64,000 nt of DNA from Smithellaceae bacterium (lineage in GTDB: Bacteria > Desulfobacterota > Syntrophia > Syntrophales > Smithellaceae). The translations under genes were made by a program, and so were the position numbers. Position 1 is the stretch's first letter. Each line of letters begins with the position of its first letter. A model generated the notes under the pieces. It did not search any database. It saw only the letters and a list, made by a program, of their open reading frames with translations, and was not told where the DNA came from. Below, piece by piece: positions 49,261-60,611 of this stretch. The stretch covers positions 3,104,001 to 3,168,000 of the forward strand of contig CAXXVL010000002.1 in assembly GCA_963667845.2 (NCBI GenBank), in the 5' to 3' direction.

Positions 49261-50674
49261 AATGCATCGATCTTTTGTGGTTTTTTTATTGCTGTATCTG
49301 ATGTGCGCGGTCGCATCGTTTGAGACCCTTGCCGCAAATCAAATCCCCCCCCCGGAAAAATTGAAGTATCCTCGCTTGGAGTTTAAGTTGCCGCAGGCCG
49401 AGCGCATTCTACTGAATAATGGCTCGCTTTTATTTTTTCTTCGTGACGACGAATTACCCCTGATTTCCATATCCGCAATGGTACGAACCGGATCCATGTA
49501 TGATCCAGAGGGCAAAGAAGGCGTCGCTGAACTCACGGCTGGCCTCATGAGAACCGGAGGAACAGCAAAATTAAGCAGTGCGGAAATAGATAACCGGTTT
49601 GATTTTCTCGCCGCTTCGCCTTCTATTGCGATGTCTCTGGATTCCGCTTCGATCAATTTTTCATTTTTAAAAGATGATCTGGATACCTGCCTGGATCTGC
49701 TCGCACAGATGATCAAAGAACCGGCTTTTGAGGAAGAAAAATTGCAGTTGGCGCTCTCATTGAAAAAAGAAGAGCTGCGACGAATTGCGGATAATCCCCA
49801 AAAGCTGGCCTTTCGTGAATTCAACCGTCTGCTGTATCCCGATGATCCGCGAGGCCGATACCCGACGTTCGCTTCACTGCAAAATATTCGGCGCGATGAT
49901 TTGGTCTCTTTTCACCGGAAATATTTTGCGCCATCTAATATGATCTTCGCGGTCTCCGGAAATATTTCCAGGCAAGATGCCGTTAATAAACTGGAGCAAT
50001 ATTTTGGCAACTGGAGTACATCAATTCATGCCCTTGATATCGCTCCTCCTCCGAAAAAGGCCGGCTACGGTCTCTTCGTCATCCGGAAACAAATTCCCCA
50101 ATCAACAGCGGTGAGCGGAGAATTCACATTGAGTAAGAATGATCCCGATTTTTATGCGTTCACAATCCTCGATTTTATTATCGGCAGCGGCGGTTTTTCT
50201 TCCCGGATATTCAGCGCCGTTCGCAATAACGAAGGTTTGGCATACAGCGCCGGCAGTTTCTACAAGGCACGGGCTAATTATGGTGTTTTTGGAACGTATG
50301 CTATTACAAAAACGGCATCGACAATTCAGACCATTCAGTTGATTAACGACATCCTAAGGGACGTGTCGGGTGGATCCGTCAGTCCGTCTGAACTGGATTC
50401 GGCGAAACAATCCATCCTGAATAGTTTCATTTTTTCTTTCGTGCAGCCAAGTCAAATTGCTTCTCAGCAAATGTCCATCGCGTTTGAAAAATTACCTGCC
50501 GACTTTCTCAGCGGCTATCGCGAAAGAATTGAGGCCGTGACCCGGGATGATCTAAAGCGGGTTGCCGCCAGGTCTTTAAATGAAAAAAGAAGGATGACGC
50601 TTATCGTTGGCGATGCTGATCAATTCGGCAAAATGCCCGAACAATGGGGACAGCCGGTCTTCATTTCACCGTAA
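49250..50674 (+). CDS. M16 peptidase, non-catalytic partner subunit
   Basis: M16 fold without HXXEH; SSRIFSAVRNNEGLAYS. Confidence 0.85.
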   Translation: MKIRMHRSFVVFLLLYLMCAVASFETLAANQIPPPEKLKYPRLEFKLPQAERILLNNGSLLFFLRDDELPLISISAMVRTGSMYDPEGKEGVAELTAGLMRTGGTAKLSSAEIDNRFDFLAASPSIAMSLDSASINFSFLKDDLDTCLDLLAQMIKEPAFEEEKLQLALSLKKEELRRIADNPQKLAFREFNRLLYPDDPRGRYPTFASLQNIRRDDLVSFHRKYFAPSNMIFAVSGNISRQDAVNKLEQYFGNWSTSIHALDIAPPPKKAGYGLFVIRKQIPQSTAVSGEFTLSKNDPDFYAFTILDFIIGSGGFSSRIFSAVRNNEGLAYSAGSFYKARANYGVFGTYAITKTASTIQTIQLINDILRDVSGGSVSPSELDSAKQSILNSFIFSFVQPSQIASQQMSIAFEKLPADFLSGYRERIEAVTRDDLKRVAARSLNEKRRMTLIVGDADQFGKMPEQWGQPVFISP

Positions 50675-50694
50675 CAATAGATTGGAACTTAATC

Positions 50695-51936
50695 ATGATT
50701 GACGAAAGCACCTTTACAAGAATTACCCACAGAATCGACACCTACCGGGATGACATGATCGAATTGCAGAAAGCACTGACGTCCATTCCTGCAGTCGGCC
50801 CGGTCAACGGCGGCGACGGCGAAATGCTAAAAGCCGCACTGCTGAAAAAGCTGCTGATCAACATGGGTTTTAAATCATTTAAACATTACGACGCACCGGA
50901 TTCGGCCGTTTCCAGCGGTCTTCGGCCTAATTTTCTGACATCACTTGAGGGACAAAGCAAATCGCGTGTCATCTGGATAATAACGCATCTGGATATTGTT
51001 CCTCCGGGTGAGCTCAATCTGTGGAACTCCGATCCTTATACAGCTTACGTCAAAGATAATTGCATCTATGGCCGCGGAACGGAAGATAATCAGCAGGACA
51101 TGGTCGCCTCGATTTTCGCCGCCAAAGCCTTTATCGACGAAGGCGTCTTCCCGATTAATACCATTAGCCTCTTTTTCGTAGCGGATGAAGAGACTTCCGG
51201 CAGCAAGGGGCTCTATCATGTCTTGGACCTGCCGGAGCAGATTTTCAGTAAAGATGATTTAATCATCGTACCCGACTCCGGAAATCAAGAGGGCTCTCTG
51301 ATCGAAATTGCGGAAAAAAGCATCCTCTGGATGCGTTTTAAAACAACCGGCAGGCAATGCCATGGCAGCAAGCCTCAACTGGGCAATAATGCTTTCACGG
51401 CAGCATCGTATTTGATAACAAAATTGATAAAACTCCGTAAGATCTTTGACGCAGTGGATCAACTTTTTGATCCTCCCGCGAGTACGTTCGAACCGACAAA
51501 GAAAGAAGCCAACGTCGGCAATATCAATACGATACCGGGCGAAGATGTTTTCTACATGGATTGCAGGGTTCTTCCACAATACAGTCTCCGAGAAGTCCTC
51601 GCGGAAGTAGCTAACATCGTTAAAGAAGTAGAAAAGACATTTTCGGTCACCATTGAAATATCGCAAGAACAATACGTCCAGTCAACCGAGCCCACTGCAG
51701 CCGATGCTCCTGTCGTGTGCGCCCTTCAAGAAGCAATTGAGGCTGTCTATCACCTGAAAGCCCACCCCGGAGGCGTCGGCGCCGGAACAGTTGCCGCCTA
51801 TCTGCGCAAAAAAGACTATCCGGCCGCGGTCTGGTCTAAATCCAATATGATGGCTCATCAGCCCAATGAGAACTGCCCGATTGACAGTATCATCGGGGAT
51901 GCGAAAGTCTTCGCCCACCTGTTTTTACAGGCGTGA
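50695..51936 (+). CDS. M20 metallo-hydrolase (ArgE/DapE-like)
   Basis: HLDIVP, YGRGTED, ADEE, HGS, NTIPG, AHQPNE. Confidence 0.85.
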   Translation: MIDESTFTRITHRIDTYRDDMIELQKALTSIPAVGPVNGGDGEMLKAALLKKLLINMGFKSFKHYDAPDSAVSSGLRPNFLTSLEGQSKSRVIWIITHLDIVPPGELNLWNSDPYTAYVKDNCIYGRGTEDNQQDMVASIFAAKAFIDEGVFPINTISLFFVADEETSGSKGLYHVLDLPEQIFSKDDLIIVPDSGNQEGSLIEIAEKSILWMRFKTTGRQCHGSKPQLGNNAFTAASYLITKLIKLRKIFDAVDQLFDPPASTFEPTKKEANVGNINTIPGEDVFYMDCRVLPQYSLREVLAEVANIVKEVEKTFSVTIEISQEQYVQSTEPTAADAPVVCALQEAIEAVYHLKAHPGGVGAGTVAAYLRKKDYPAAVWSKSNMMAHQPNENCPIDSIIGDAKVFAHLFLQA

Positions 51937-52067
51937 ATTGTATTGCATTCAATACCCCATAGTGGTAGAAAAACGCCTTCGCATGAGAGGTGCCATATCC
52001 AATTGTCTGCACAACCGAACGGCAATGGGTTTTGGTGAAGATTAATATTTTTAGAGGCTGATAATAT

Positions 52068-53060
52068 TTGATTAAAGCAACTAAAAACATCCGCGTAGAA
52101 AAATTATCCTTCGCGGACCCGAATTTATTAAAGAGCCTCTGCGGCGAACATGACCGGCACTTAAAACTCCTTGAAAAGCTTGAACAGATCAAGGTTAAAC
52201 CCTGGGGGACCCACCTTTCCATTACAGGCGATGAAACCGCCGTTCTAAAGATTTCACTTTTGATCAGACAATTATATTCTATCATGGAAAAAGGATGGCA
52301 TATTCATTCTTCCGATATCGACTATGCCCATAGGATTCTCACTGAAGATATCGATTTTGATTTAGCCCGCGTTTTTCTGGATACGGTTTTCATATCTTCA
52401 AAGAAAAGAATTATAACTCCCAAAAGCATCGCACAGCGTCATTACATCGACGCCATGCGGACAGCGGATATGGTGCTCGCCATCGGCCCCGCGGGCACAG
52501 GAAAGACTTATCTGGCCATGGCTATGGCGGTGTCTCACTTGCTGGAAAAAAAGGTGCAACGGATTATTCTTACGCGTCCGGCCGTGGAAGCCGGCGAGCG
52601 GCTTGGGTTTCTGCCCGGTGATCTCGCCGAGAAAGTCAATCCGTATTTGCGCCCACTGTACGATGCACTTTATGACATGGTGGATATGGAAAAGGCAGGT
52701 GCACTTATCAGCAAAGGACTGATAGAAGTGGCCCCGTTGGCGTTCATGCGCGGACGAACCCTTAACGACTCCTTTATCATCTTGGATGAAGCTCAGAATA
52801 CGACCTCCGAACAAATGAAAATGTTCTTGACGCGCCTCGGTTTCAATTCCAAAGCGGTTGTGACAGGCGACATCACTCAGATTGATCTGCCGACGGAGAA
52901 ATCGTCGGGCCTGATTGAGGCCGAAAAAATCCTCAAAAATGTCGAAGCGATCCGCATTGTACATTTTTCCCAAGTCGATGTAGTCCGTCATCCTTTGGTC
53001 GCTGATGTAATCGCGGCTTATGCCTCATGGGACACTGAAAAAAAGAGCCGTCAAAAATAA
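52068..53060 (+). CDS. phoH: PhoH-family ATPase
   Basis: GPAGTGKT, RPAVEAGE, FMRGRT, DEAQN, GD.TQ.D, VRH. Confidence 0.93.
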   Translation: MIKATKNIRVEKLSFADPNLLKSLCGEHDRHLKLLEKLEQIKVKPWGTHLSITGDETAVLKISLLIRQLYSIMEKGWHIHSSDIDYAHRILTEDIDFDLARVFLDTVFISSKKRIITPKSIAQRHYIDAMRTADMVLAIGPAGTGKTYLAMAMAVSHLLEKKVQRIILTRPAVEAGERLGFLPGDLAEKVNPYLRPLYDALYDMVDMEKAGALISKGLIEVAPLAFMRGRTLNDSFIILDEAQNTTSEQMKMFLTRLGFNSKAVVTGDITQIDLPTEKSSGLIEAEKILKNVEAIRIVHFSQVDVVRHPLVADVIAAYASWDTEKKSRQK

Positions 53061-53065
53061 CCCTT

Positions 53066-55378
53066 ATGAATTTCTTAGATTCCTCATCTGATAAGATATT
53101 TTCTTTTTTCCGGAAATTGACTGACAAGAATAAACTGTCATTCGCTTTTCTGCGCAACACGATTTTTCAGCGGTGGGCAATTGCCATTTTACTGAGCATT
53201 GCATTGGCGGCTCTTCTCGCTCCTAAGCTTTATTACTCAAATCCTCAGTATCGGCACGGCATGATTGCTCAGGAGAACATCAAAGCAGATCGTGATTTCC
53301 TCGTCGAAGATGTCAACTCAACGCGGCAAAAGAGGAATGAAGCTGCCGCAAATGTTCGCTCGGTTTATGATTATGACACTGAAATCGCCATCACGATTCG
53401 AACGAGGATCAAGAAAGCAATTTTGCTGGCGGTGGCTAAACCGGATGAACCAAGCAATAAGATGCTTATTGAAAAATCCCTGGGAATCCCGCTTTCACAG
53501 GCCGAACTATCTTTTCTCCGCGCGAGCAGATTTTCCGATGATCTTTTTCAAAAATTGTCTCGGATCATATCCCTTTTTTACGAAGGCTCGCTGATTTCAC
53601 AAAATGCGCTCCAGAAGACTGAACGCGAAAAAGGCATAACCATCGTGAACGCTGTGACGCGGGTCGAGGAAAATTTAAAGGATGTATCCTCCGTTTTCAG
53701 CATCAAGGACGTCGATCCGCTGCTGCTAAAGAAAATAAACGCCGTCTTTAAAGGCGATCAATCGGAGGCCCGCCGGTTATCATTTTCCTTTCTAAAGAAG
53801 CTGATTGAACCGAATTTGACATTCAACCGAGAGGTAACGAGCAGGAAAATCATGACCGCCGCCGGTGAAGTCAAACCGGTTTATTTCCAAGTTCAGAAAA
53901 ACGAGATGATCGTTCGTGAAGGGGAAAAAATCGGTTATCTGGAACTGGCTAAACTGGAAGCCTTTTATAAAACAACATCAGATACTACGTTATCCAGTTT
54001 TATGATTATCCTGGGAATCTTTTGCACGACTCTTTTTCTAACTCTGCTGCTCTATTTCTGGCGCACGCGAAACTGGTTGAAAACTTCTGCCCGATCCAAC
54101 GTAGATTTCCTTGTCTTTGCCATCGTGGCCTTTTTGCAAATCTTCTTTGTCAAGGCGGGTATCTTCATGTCGGTTGCGATCAACAGAGCATTTCCTGCAA
54201 TTCCGATTGATGCATGCTATTTTTCGATTCCTTTTGCCTGCGGCGCCATGATTATTGCCGTCCTGGTCAACCGGAACGTGGCATTGATCATGAGCGTTCT
54301 GACTTCGTTTCTTATCAGCCTTCTGTTTGACGAAAAGTTCGTTTTTCCACTTTTTGCCTTTTTGGGATCGATTGCCGCTTCTTATCACATCGTCAACAGC
54401 CGTCAACGTTCCACTTTTTTGAAGGTCGGCATCTTCCTGGGCATAATCAACATGGCCGCCATTCTATGTCTGAATCTTCTTACGGGTCATGTGCTGAATG
54501 ATTTACTCATCCGATTAGCCATGGGTTTTCTGGGTGGCGTCATCACCGGGATCATTGTCGCGGGCGTAACACCGGTCTTTGAAACTCTTTTCGGCTTTAT
54601 TACGGACATCAAACTACTGGAGTTGGCCAATCTTAATCAGCCTCTTTTTCAAAGGATGATTATTGAAGCTCCCGGCACATACCATCACAGTATTATTGTT
54701 GCCTCACTGGTGGAAGCTGCGGCGGAAGCTATCGGTGCGAATTCACTTCTGGCTAAAGTAAGCGCTTATTATCATGATATCGGCAAACTGACCAAACCTC
54801 ATTACTATATTGAAAATCAGCCAGGCTACGACAACCGTCACGATAAGCTATCGCCTAAAATGAGTTCTCTTATTATCATTTCTCACGTTAAGGAGGGGTG
54901 CGAACTCGCTTCACGGGTCAAACTCGGTCAACCGATCATCAACATCATTCGCGAGCATCATGGAACGAGCCTGGTCAGCTTCTTTTATGATAAGGCAAAG
55001 AAGGATAAAGATGAATCGATACGTTCTCTGACGGAAAGTGACTTCCGCTATCCGGGTCCTAAGCCTCAAACCAAAGAAGCCGGTCTCGTTATGCTGGGCG
55101 ATGTCATCGAAGCCTCCTCGCGCACGCTTTCAAACCCGACTCCGGCCAGGATACGATCGCTGGTCCGTGAACGGATCGAGCGTATATATATGGATGGCCA
55201 ATTGAGTGATTGCGAGTTAACATTAAAAAATCTCAACACCATTGCGGAAACGTTTACCCGAATATTGACGGGAATTTTTCATCATCGTGTTGATTATCCT
55301 GAAACACCTCCTAAAGAAAATAATATCAAAAGAGAAGCCGGTGAAAATACGACTCGAAAATTTGCAGAAACGAATTAA
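53066..55378 (+). CDS. 7TM-HD (HDIG) phosphohydrolase, PgpH-like
   Basis: Extracellular domain, TM region, APGTYHHS, YHDIGK, HHGT, FRYPGPKP. Confidence 0.9.
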   Translation: MNFLDSSSDKIFSFFRKLTDKNKLSFAFLRNTIFQRWAIAILLSIALAALLAPKLYYSNPQYRHGMIAQENIKADRDFLVEDVNSTRQKRNEAAANVRSVYDYDTEIAITIRTRIKKAILLAVAKPDEPSNKMLIEKSLGIPLSQAELSFLRASRFSDDLFQKLSRIISLFYEGSLISQNALQKTEREKGITIVNAVTRVEENLKDVSSVFSIKDVDPLLLKKINAVFKGDQSEARRLSFSFLKKLIEPNLTFNREVTSRKIMTAAGEVKPVYFQVQKNEMIVREGEKIGYLELAKLEAFYKTTSDTTLSSFMIILGIFCTTLFLTLLLYFWRTRNWLKTSARSNVDFLVFAIVAFLQIFFVKAGIFMSVAINRAFPAIPIDACYFSIPFACGAMIIAVLVNRNVALIMSVLTSFLISLLFDEKFVFPLFAFLGSIAASYHIVNSRQRSTFLKVGIFLGIINMAAILCLNLLTGHVLNDLLIRLAMGFLGGVITGIIVAGVTPVFETLFGFITDIKLLELANLNQPLFQRMIIEAPGTYHHSIIVASLVEAAAEAIGANSLLAKVSAYYHDIGKLTKPHYYIENQPGYDNRHDKLSPKMSSLIIISHVKEGCELASRVKLGQPIINIIREHHGTSLVSFFYDKAKKDKDESIRSLTESDFRYPGPKPQTKEAGLVMLGDVIEASSRTLSNPTPARIRSLVRERIERIYMDGQLSDCELTLKNLNTIAETFTRILTGIFHHRVDYPETPPKENNIKREAGENTTRKFAETN

Positions 55379-55787
55379 GATTGACAAACGGGCGATCCGA
55401 ACCAAAGTAATCCGTCTCATGAAGCTGGCGAATTGCGCGGATAAGGAAATCAGCATTACTTTTGTCGATGATCCAACCATTCAGCGCATCAACAAGCAGT
55501 ACCTCTCCAGAGATAAAACAACAAATGTTATTTCCTTTTCTCTTCAGGAAGGTGATTTTGGTGATATTAATCGCGACCTGCTCGGCGATATCGTCATCTC
55601 GGTCGACACAGCCTACCGCGATGCCGAAAACGGCAATTTCGAATTCACTGAAGAACTCATTTTTCTAATTATCCACGGTCTCTTGCATCTCACGGGCTAT
55701 AACCATGAAAACACCTCTAAAACCGATGCAATGAAAATGAAAAAAAAGGAAAAAGAATTGTTCAGAGTCTTAATGCAGTCCCGATGA
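55341..55787 (+). CDS. ybeY: rRNA maturation endoribonuclease YbeY
   Basis: TNVISF, LGDIVIS, HGLLHLTGYNH. Confidence 0.9.
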   Translation: MKIRLENLQKRIKIDKRAIRTKVIRLMKLANCADKEISITFVDDPTIQRINKQYLSRDKTTNVISFSLQEGDFGDINRDLLGDIVISVDTAYRDAENGNFEFTEELIFLIIHGLLHLTGYNHENTSKTDAMKMKKKEKELFRVLMQSR

Positions 55788-55820
55788 TTGAAGCAGTTAA
55801 GATGATTCGATATCAGATTT

Positions 55821-57749
55821 TTATCTAATCGTAAGAACTTGCCCCGGCGTCAGGGAGTCAGGACCGGAAAGATTATTCATTTGGATTAATTTGGCTAGTT
55901 CAATATCATATTTTTTGGCAATAACGGACAGATTGTCACCTTTTGTAACAATATGTTTGTCTGTTCCTAACTTGGAAATTTCTTCTGCAGTCAGAGTTTT
56001 ACCTACGACATTCGATTTTCCCGCCGCGGACGTTTGTACGCGGGTACCTTTTTCCCGTTTTTCGTCATCATTCTCCCCCATGGCACTGGTAGGAATCTTC
56101 AGCGTCCGGCCGGCCTGGAGCGCATTTGTTTTCAATTTATTTATTGCTTTGAGTTTGGCCATTGGCACTTGGAATCGTCTGGCAATGCCTGCTAAGGAAT
56201 CGCCGGGCTTTACTTTGTAAGACTGAATCGCTGCGGATGTCTTATGCACTGCTATATTTTTATTGCGCAATGGTGTATTCTTCACCGTCGCTGTTTCCAT
56301 ACGGTTATCGGGAATGCGAATGATCTGACCTCTAACCAATCTTTTTTTTGTGTTGATACGGTTAGATGCAAAAATGCTTTGAGTCGATACTTTATATCGT
56401 TTGGCGATAGAGGCAACTGTTTCACCGGGACGAACGCGATGTTTGACATAGGCGGATCGGCTGTAACTGAAACGCGGTCTGTCCGTGTCCGGGATATCGC
56501 TATAAACCATGTTAAATTTTTCCAGGGATCCCTGGGGAATTTTGAATGAATATTCCCTGTCCGGTGTAATTCTATATCTGAGTTCCGCGTTAAGCACATT
56601 GATGCATTCTTCGGATATTTCCATTTTGGATGCGACATCCGTCAATTTCATCATTTTGTTTACGGTAACCGTTTCGTAGTTAAGCAGCGATTCCGTCGTC
56701 GTCTGTAGCTCAAACCCATACTTTTCAGGATTCTTTATGATTTGCAGGGTTGCCAGGAAACGCGGGACATAGCGTGCGGTCTCGTTGGGTAACTGAGAGT
56801 AGAGATCCCAGAAGCGGTCAAAGTAATTGATGCGCTGCCTGGATATGACTCGAAGCACCCTTCCCTCGCCGCAATTGTATGCCGCAAGTACAGTCAGCCA
56901 ATCACCGAACATGGAGTGCAGTTCTTTCAAATAAGCAATAGCAGCGTGCGTCGACTTTAAAACATCCATGCGTTCATCTATCCATTCATCCCGCGTTAAG
57001 CCGAATTTGTAACCTGTCGATGGAATAAACTGCCACAAACCCAGAGCTCTTGCGCGCGACAACGCACATACCTTGAAACCGCTTTCAACGAGAGGCAGCC
57101 AGAAAAATTCCTCCGGAATACCGGCTTGCCTCAGTTCTCCGATAATGATGTCTCTATAGAGCCCGGAACGTTGGTACGAGGATATAAAAAACTCTCTTTC
57201 AGGACCTTGGAATGAACGAATTTCTTTTTCCACATCAGCATTAATCACCATTGGAATCTCACTCGCTTTGCCATTCGTTTTTCGCTGTTGCGACGAATAA
57301 AGGGCAAGGATCCGTCTGGAAATTAAAAGACGCAAATCATCCTTTTGTCGGGCAATTTCCACATCCCCGTTCGTATCCAAAACCAGGGCATAAGCTTTAT
57401 CCAAGGTGTTTACGGTATTTTCGATATCTCCATTTTTCCAATATTTATCTGCAAGCTCGAGTAATTCTAGAGCTTTTTCCATAAGGTCCTGTTCATCTTC
57501 GACCTCTGCTTTATCCTCTTCACTTGAAGCCTTTTTGTCTGCAGGACGAGAGCTAGCGCCAATGGATTCAGCTGTCGTCTGAGCCAAAATGCGGTTTTGT
57601 TCCTGAATGTCTCCTTCCGTTGCGGACACCAGTGTGTCATTGTGATAAACATTCTGCGCTTTTGCGGAAACACCCGGGATAAACAACGTGATCACACTTA
57701 GGCAAATTATAAAACAAATTGCTGAAACCTTCTTTTTGAATATCGGCAT
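55821..57749 (-). CDS. mltD: Lytic transglycosylase with three LysM domains (MltD-like)
   Basis: VESG, GLWQF, AAYNCGEG, ETARYVP; LysM repeats. Confidence 0.85.
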   Translation of the reverse strand: MPIFKKKVSAICFIICLSVITLFIPGVSAKAQNVYHNDTLVSATEGDIQEQNRILAQTTAESIGASSRPADKKASSEEDKAEVEDEQDLMEKALELLELADKYWKNGDIENTVNTLDKAYALVLDTNGDVEIARQKDDLRLLISRRILALYSSQQRKTNGKASEIPMVINADVEKEIRSFQGPEREFFISSYQRSGLYRDIIIGELRQAGIPEEFFWLPLVESGFKVCALSRARALGLWQFIPSTGYKFGLTRDEWIDERMDVLKSTHAAIAYLKELHSMFGDWLTVLAAYNCGEGRVLRVISRQRINYFDRFWDLYSQLPNETARYVPRFLATLQIIKNPEKYGFELQTTTESLLNYETVTVNKMMKLTDVASKMEISEECINVLNAELRYRITPDREYSFKIPQGSLEKFNMVYSDIPDTDRPRFSYSRSAYVKHRVRPGETVASIAKRYKVSTQSIFASNRINTKKRLVRGQIIRIPDNRMETATVKNTPLRNKNIAVHKTSAAIQSYKVKPGDSLAGIARRFQVPMAKLKAINKLKTNALQAGRTLKIPTSAMGENDDEKREKGTRVQTSAAGKSNVVGKTLTAEEISKLGTDKHIVTKGDNLSVIAKKYDIELAKLIQMNNLSGPDSLTPGQVLTIR

Positions 57750-57909
57750 GAATAGAGTCTCCTACATACTTTTCGGTTCTCAAGCAAAAAAGGCATTGTG
57801 TTCTAAGTCACTAAATAACGCTATATTTTCCCTTTGTTGCTTATGTCATGTTCGTCATTTAAGAACTTTATAACACACTTTCTTCTTATCCCCAAACAAT
57901 TTGACGCCT

Positions 57910-59050
57910 TCAAATTACGTTGTGTTTATCGCCGCAAAGCGATGATCCCCGCTGCCCGTCCAGCATCAGATAAGCCTGTATGAAGTCGTCAATTTCCCCA
58001 TCCAGCACTCTTTGAGTGTTAGAGACTTCAAGATTGGTTCGATGATCTTTGACCATTTTGTATGGATGCAGCACGTAGGAGCGAATCTGACTGCCCCAGG
58101 CAATTTCTTTTTTTAGCTTGTTCTCTTCATCAAGTTTTTCATTCTTCTGCTGTAATTCTCTTTCATAGAGCCGCGACTTTAAATACTTCATAGCCATCGA
58201 TTTATTTTTGTGCTGAGATCTTTCATTTTGACACTGCACGACTATTCCCGTTGGTAAATGGGTTATCCTGACCGCAGAATCTGTTTTGTTAACGTGCTGA
58301 CCTCCTTTGCCGCCGGATCTGAAGGTGTCTATTCTCAAATCATCTTCATTAATATCTATCTTAATCTCATCATCGACTTCCGGGTACACAAACACAGAAG
58401 CGAAGGACGTATGACGTCTGGCTCCCGCATCAAATGGAGAAATGCGAACTAGACGATGAATTCCAATTTCAGCTTTGGCATATCCGTATGCGTATTCACC
58501 TTCCATGGTAAAGGAGACACTCTTTATGCCAGCTTCATCACCGGGAAGAGAATCAATGATGCTCGTTTTGAAATTTCTTTTTTCTGCCCACCGGAGATAC
58601 ATTCTCAAGAGCATTTCCACCCAGTCCTGAGCTTCCGTTCCGCCGGCACCTGCATGGATCGACATAATCGCGTTCATCCGATCTTCATCGCTTGCCAGCA
58701 TCATTTTAAGCTCTTCAGCTTTAACGTCGGACGATAACTGCTCCAATTCGGATGTGAGATCTGTGATGACTTGTTCATCCTTTTCATCCGAGGCAATCAA
58801 CCAGAGGTTTTCAATATCCCGAAGCTGGTTTTGAAAACTTTTCCAGTGATCAAGGGCGTCTGATAATTTTGTCTTCTTTTGCAGGACAGCGCGGGCTTTT
58901 TCCTGATCATCCCAAAAATCTTTTTTAGATGCAAGAATCTCCAGATCTTTAACTTTCAATTCCAATTCATCGACGTCAAAGGCATTCCCCGATGTAATGA
59001 ATTCTTTGCTTCAGATCATTAACGGCGTCCTGTATGCTTTCAAATGACAT
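57910..59050 (-). CDS. prfB: Peptide chain release factor 2, with programmed +1 frameshift
   Basis: 24-codon first frame MSFES...GECL, then CTT-TGA-C at 58981-58975; second frame contains SPF and GGQ. Confidence 0.95.
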
Positions 59051-60611
59051 TTTTCTTTCTCCTTATTAGACTCCATACGAACAAAACGACCACGCACAGG
59101 AAACTTGCTCCTACCGGCCAGTCCCCGTATCGTGCGTAAAAAGTCGGCAACGCGATGAATTTAATAATACCATGAATTGCGTCTTTTTTAAACAGTTTGG
59201 TTTCTGCTACGACCTTTCCGGTCGGATCAACAATAGCGGAGATGCCTGTATTGGCAGCACGTACGAGGTACAGTCTCGTTTCCACGGCTCTGAAAGCTGT
59301 CATGGACAGGTGCTGATAAGGTGCGGAGGTAGTTCCGAACCAGGCGTCGTTGGTAATGTTCACCAAGAGTTCACTCCCGGCATTTTTATACGCCCTCGCC
59401 GCCTCCGGCAGTATCCCTTCATAGCAGATCAATACGCCGATTTTCCTTTCGTCCATATGTAAAGGGGAGAAACCTTTCCCTTCAGCAAAATCACCGATCC
59501 CCGCAGTCAGACCGTTGACAAAAGGAAATAGTCCTCTAAGCGGCACAAACTCTCCGTAAGGAACAAGGTGAACCTTGTCATATTTGCCCAGAATGAGACC
59601 TTGCGGTGAGAGGAGATACGCGCTGTTAAAGTAGTCTGTGCCTCGGTTTCTCCCTGCATAGCTCATCGAACCAAAGATGAACCAGCTTTTTGTTTTTACC
59701 GGCAGCGCACTCAACTGACGATGCAAATCATTTTCGTCTTGAAAGTTAAAAGGAACAGCCGTTTCGGGCCAGACTATCAGGCTGCCAGCCGCCTGCGGAC
59801 GGCGCAAAGAGAGTTCCTCATAGATATTGATAGTTTCTTTCTGAAAATCCCTGTTCCACTTGATCGACTGATCGATATTCCCCTGAATCAGGGTGACATT
59901 CATGGTCCGTGCGCCCTTTAAGATTTTATCTATCTGGGCGATTCGTAATACGCCGTATACATAAACACTCGACCACAAAAGAACTACAATTGCAGCCAAC
60001 GCGAACGATTCTTTCGATCGTTTCGTGACGATTTCAAAAAAGGCGACATTCAAAAGAACTATCAGCAGGGACAATCCAAAAATACCCGTCACATCGGCAA
60101 TCTGAATGAGGAAGATATTATTAAACTGAGAATAACCGAGGTTTTCCCAGGGAAATCCTGTGAACAACTGTGATTTGATATATTCAAGACACACCCAAAG
60201 AACTGGTGCGATAATGAATAAAGGGACCTTTCTTTTAAAATAAACTATTCCTGCAGCGAATAACGCAAAATAAAGGCCTAAGTAACAGGCCAGCAGCAGC
60301 ATAATCGAAATCCCAAGATAAAAAGGCAGATATCCATAGTGGACTACAACATAGGCTATCCAGTATATGATGCCCACACATGCCGTCAGACCCGCAATCC
60401 ATCCTAAAAAAAGCGCCCTACCAATAGATCTGATATCTCGCAAAGCAATAAACAAAGGCACCAAAGCTATCCAGGCAATGAATCCCAGACCAAATTTGGG
60501 GAAAGATAAAAAAAATAGAATTCCGCTGAATAATGCAAAAAAAATATTACGGCCATTGTTGTTTTTACTCGATGAATCGGCAAAACGATTTGCGTCGCTA
60601 TTCTTCATCAA
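59040..60611 (-). CDS. lnt: Apolipoprotein N-acyltransferase
   Basis: FPW, QGNI, WPE, K.HLVPYGE, ICYE, NDAWF, NTG. Confidence 0.95.
   Translation of the reverse strand: MMKNSDANRFADSSSKNNNGRNIFFALFSGILFFLSFPKFGLGFIAWIALVPLFIALRDIRSIGRALFLGWIAGLTACVGIIYWIAYVVVHYGYLPFYLGISIMLLLACYLGLYFALFAAGIVYFKRKVPLFIIAPVLWVCLEYIKSQLFTGFPWENLGYSQFNNIFLIQIADVTGIFGLSLLIVLLNVAFFEIVTKRSKESFALAAIVVLLWSSVYVYGVLRIAQIDKILKGARTMNVTLIQGNIDQSIKWNRDFQKETINIYEELSLRRPQAAGSLIVWPETAVPFNFQDENDLHRQLSALPVKTKSWFIFGSMSYAGRNRGTDYFNSAYLLSPQGLILGKYDKVHLVPYGEFVPLRGLFPFVNGLTAGIGDFAEGKGFSPLHMDERKIGVLICYEGILPEAARAYKNAGSELLVNITNDAWFGTTSAPYQHLSMTAFRAVETRLYLVRAANTGISAIVDPTGKVVAETKLFKKDAIHGIIKFIALPTFYARYGDWPVGASFLCVVVLFVWSLIRRKKNVI

Noticed and set aside
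51974..52035. Imperfect stems in the phoH leader as a possible riboswitch
   Set aside because: Several mismatches, no recognisable aptamer motif and no terminator.
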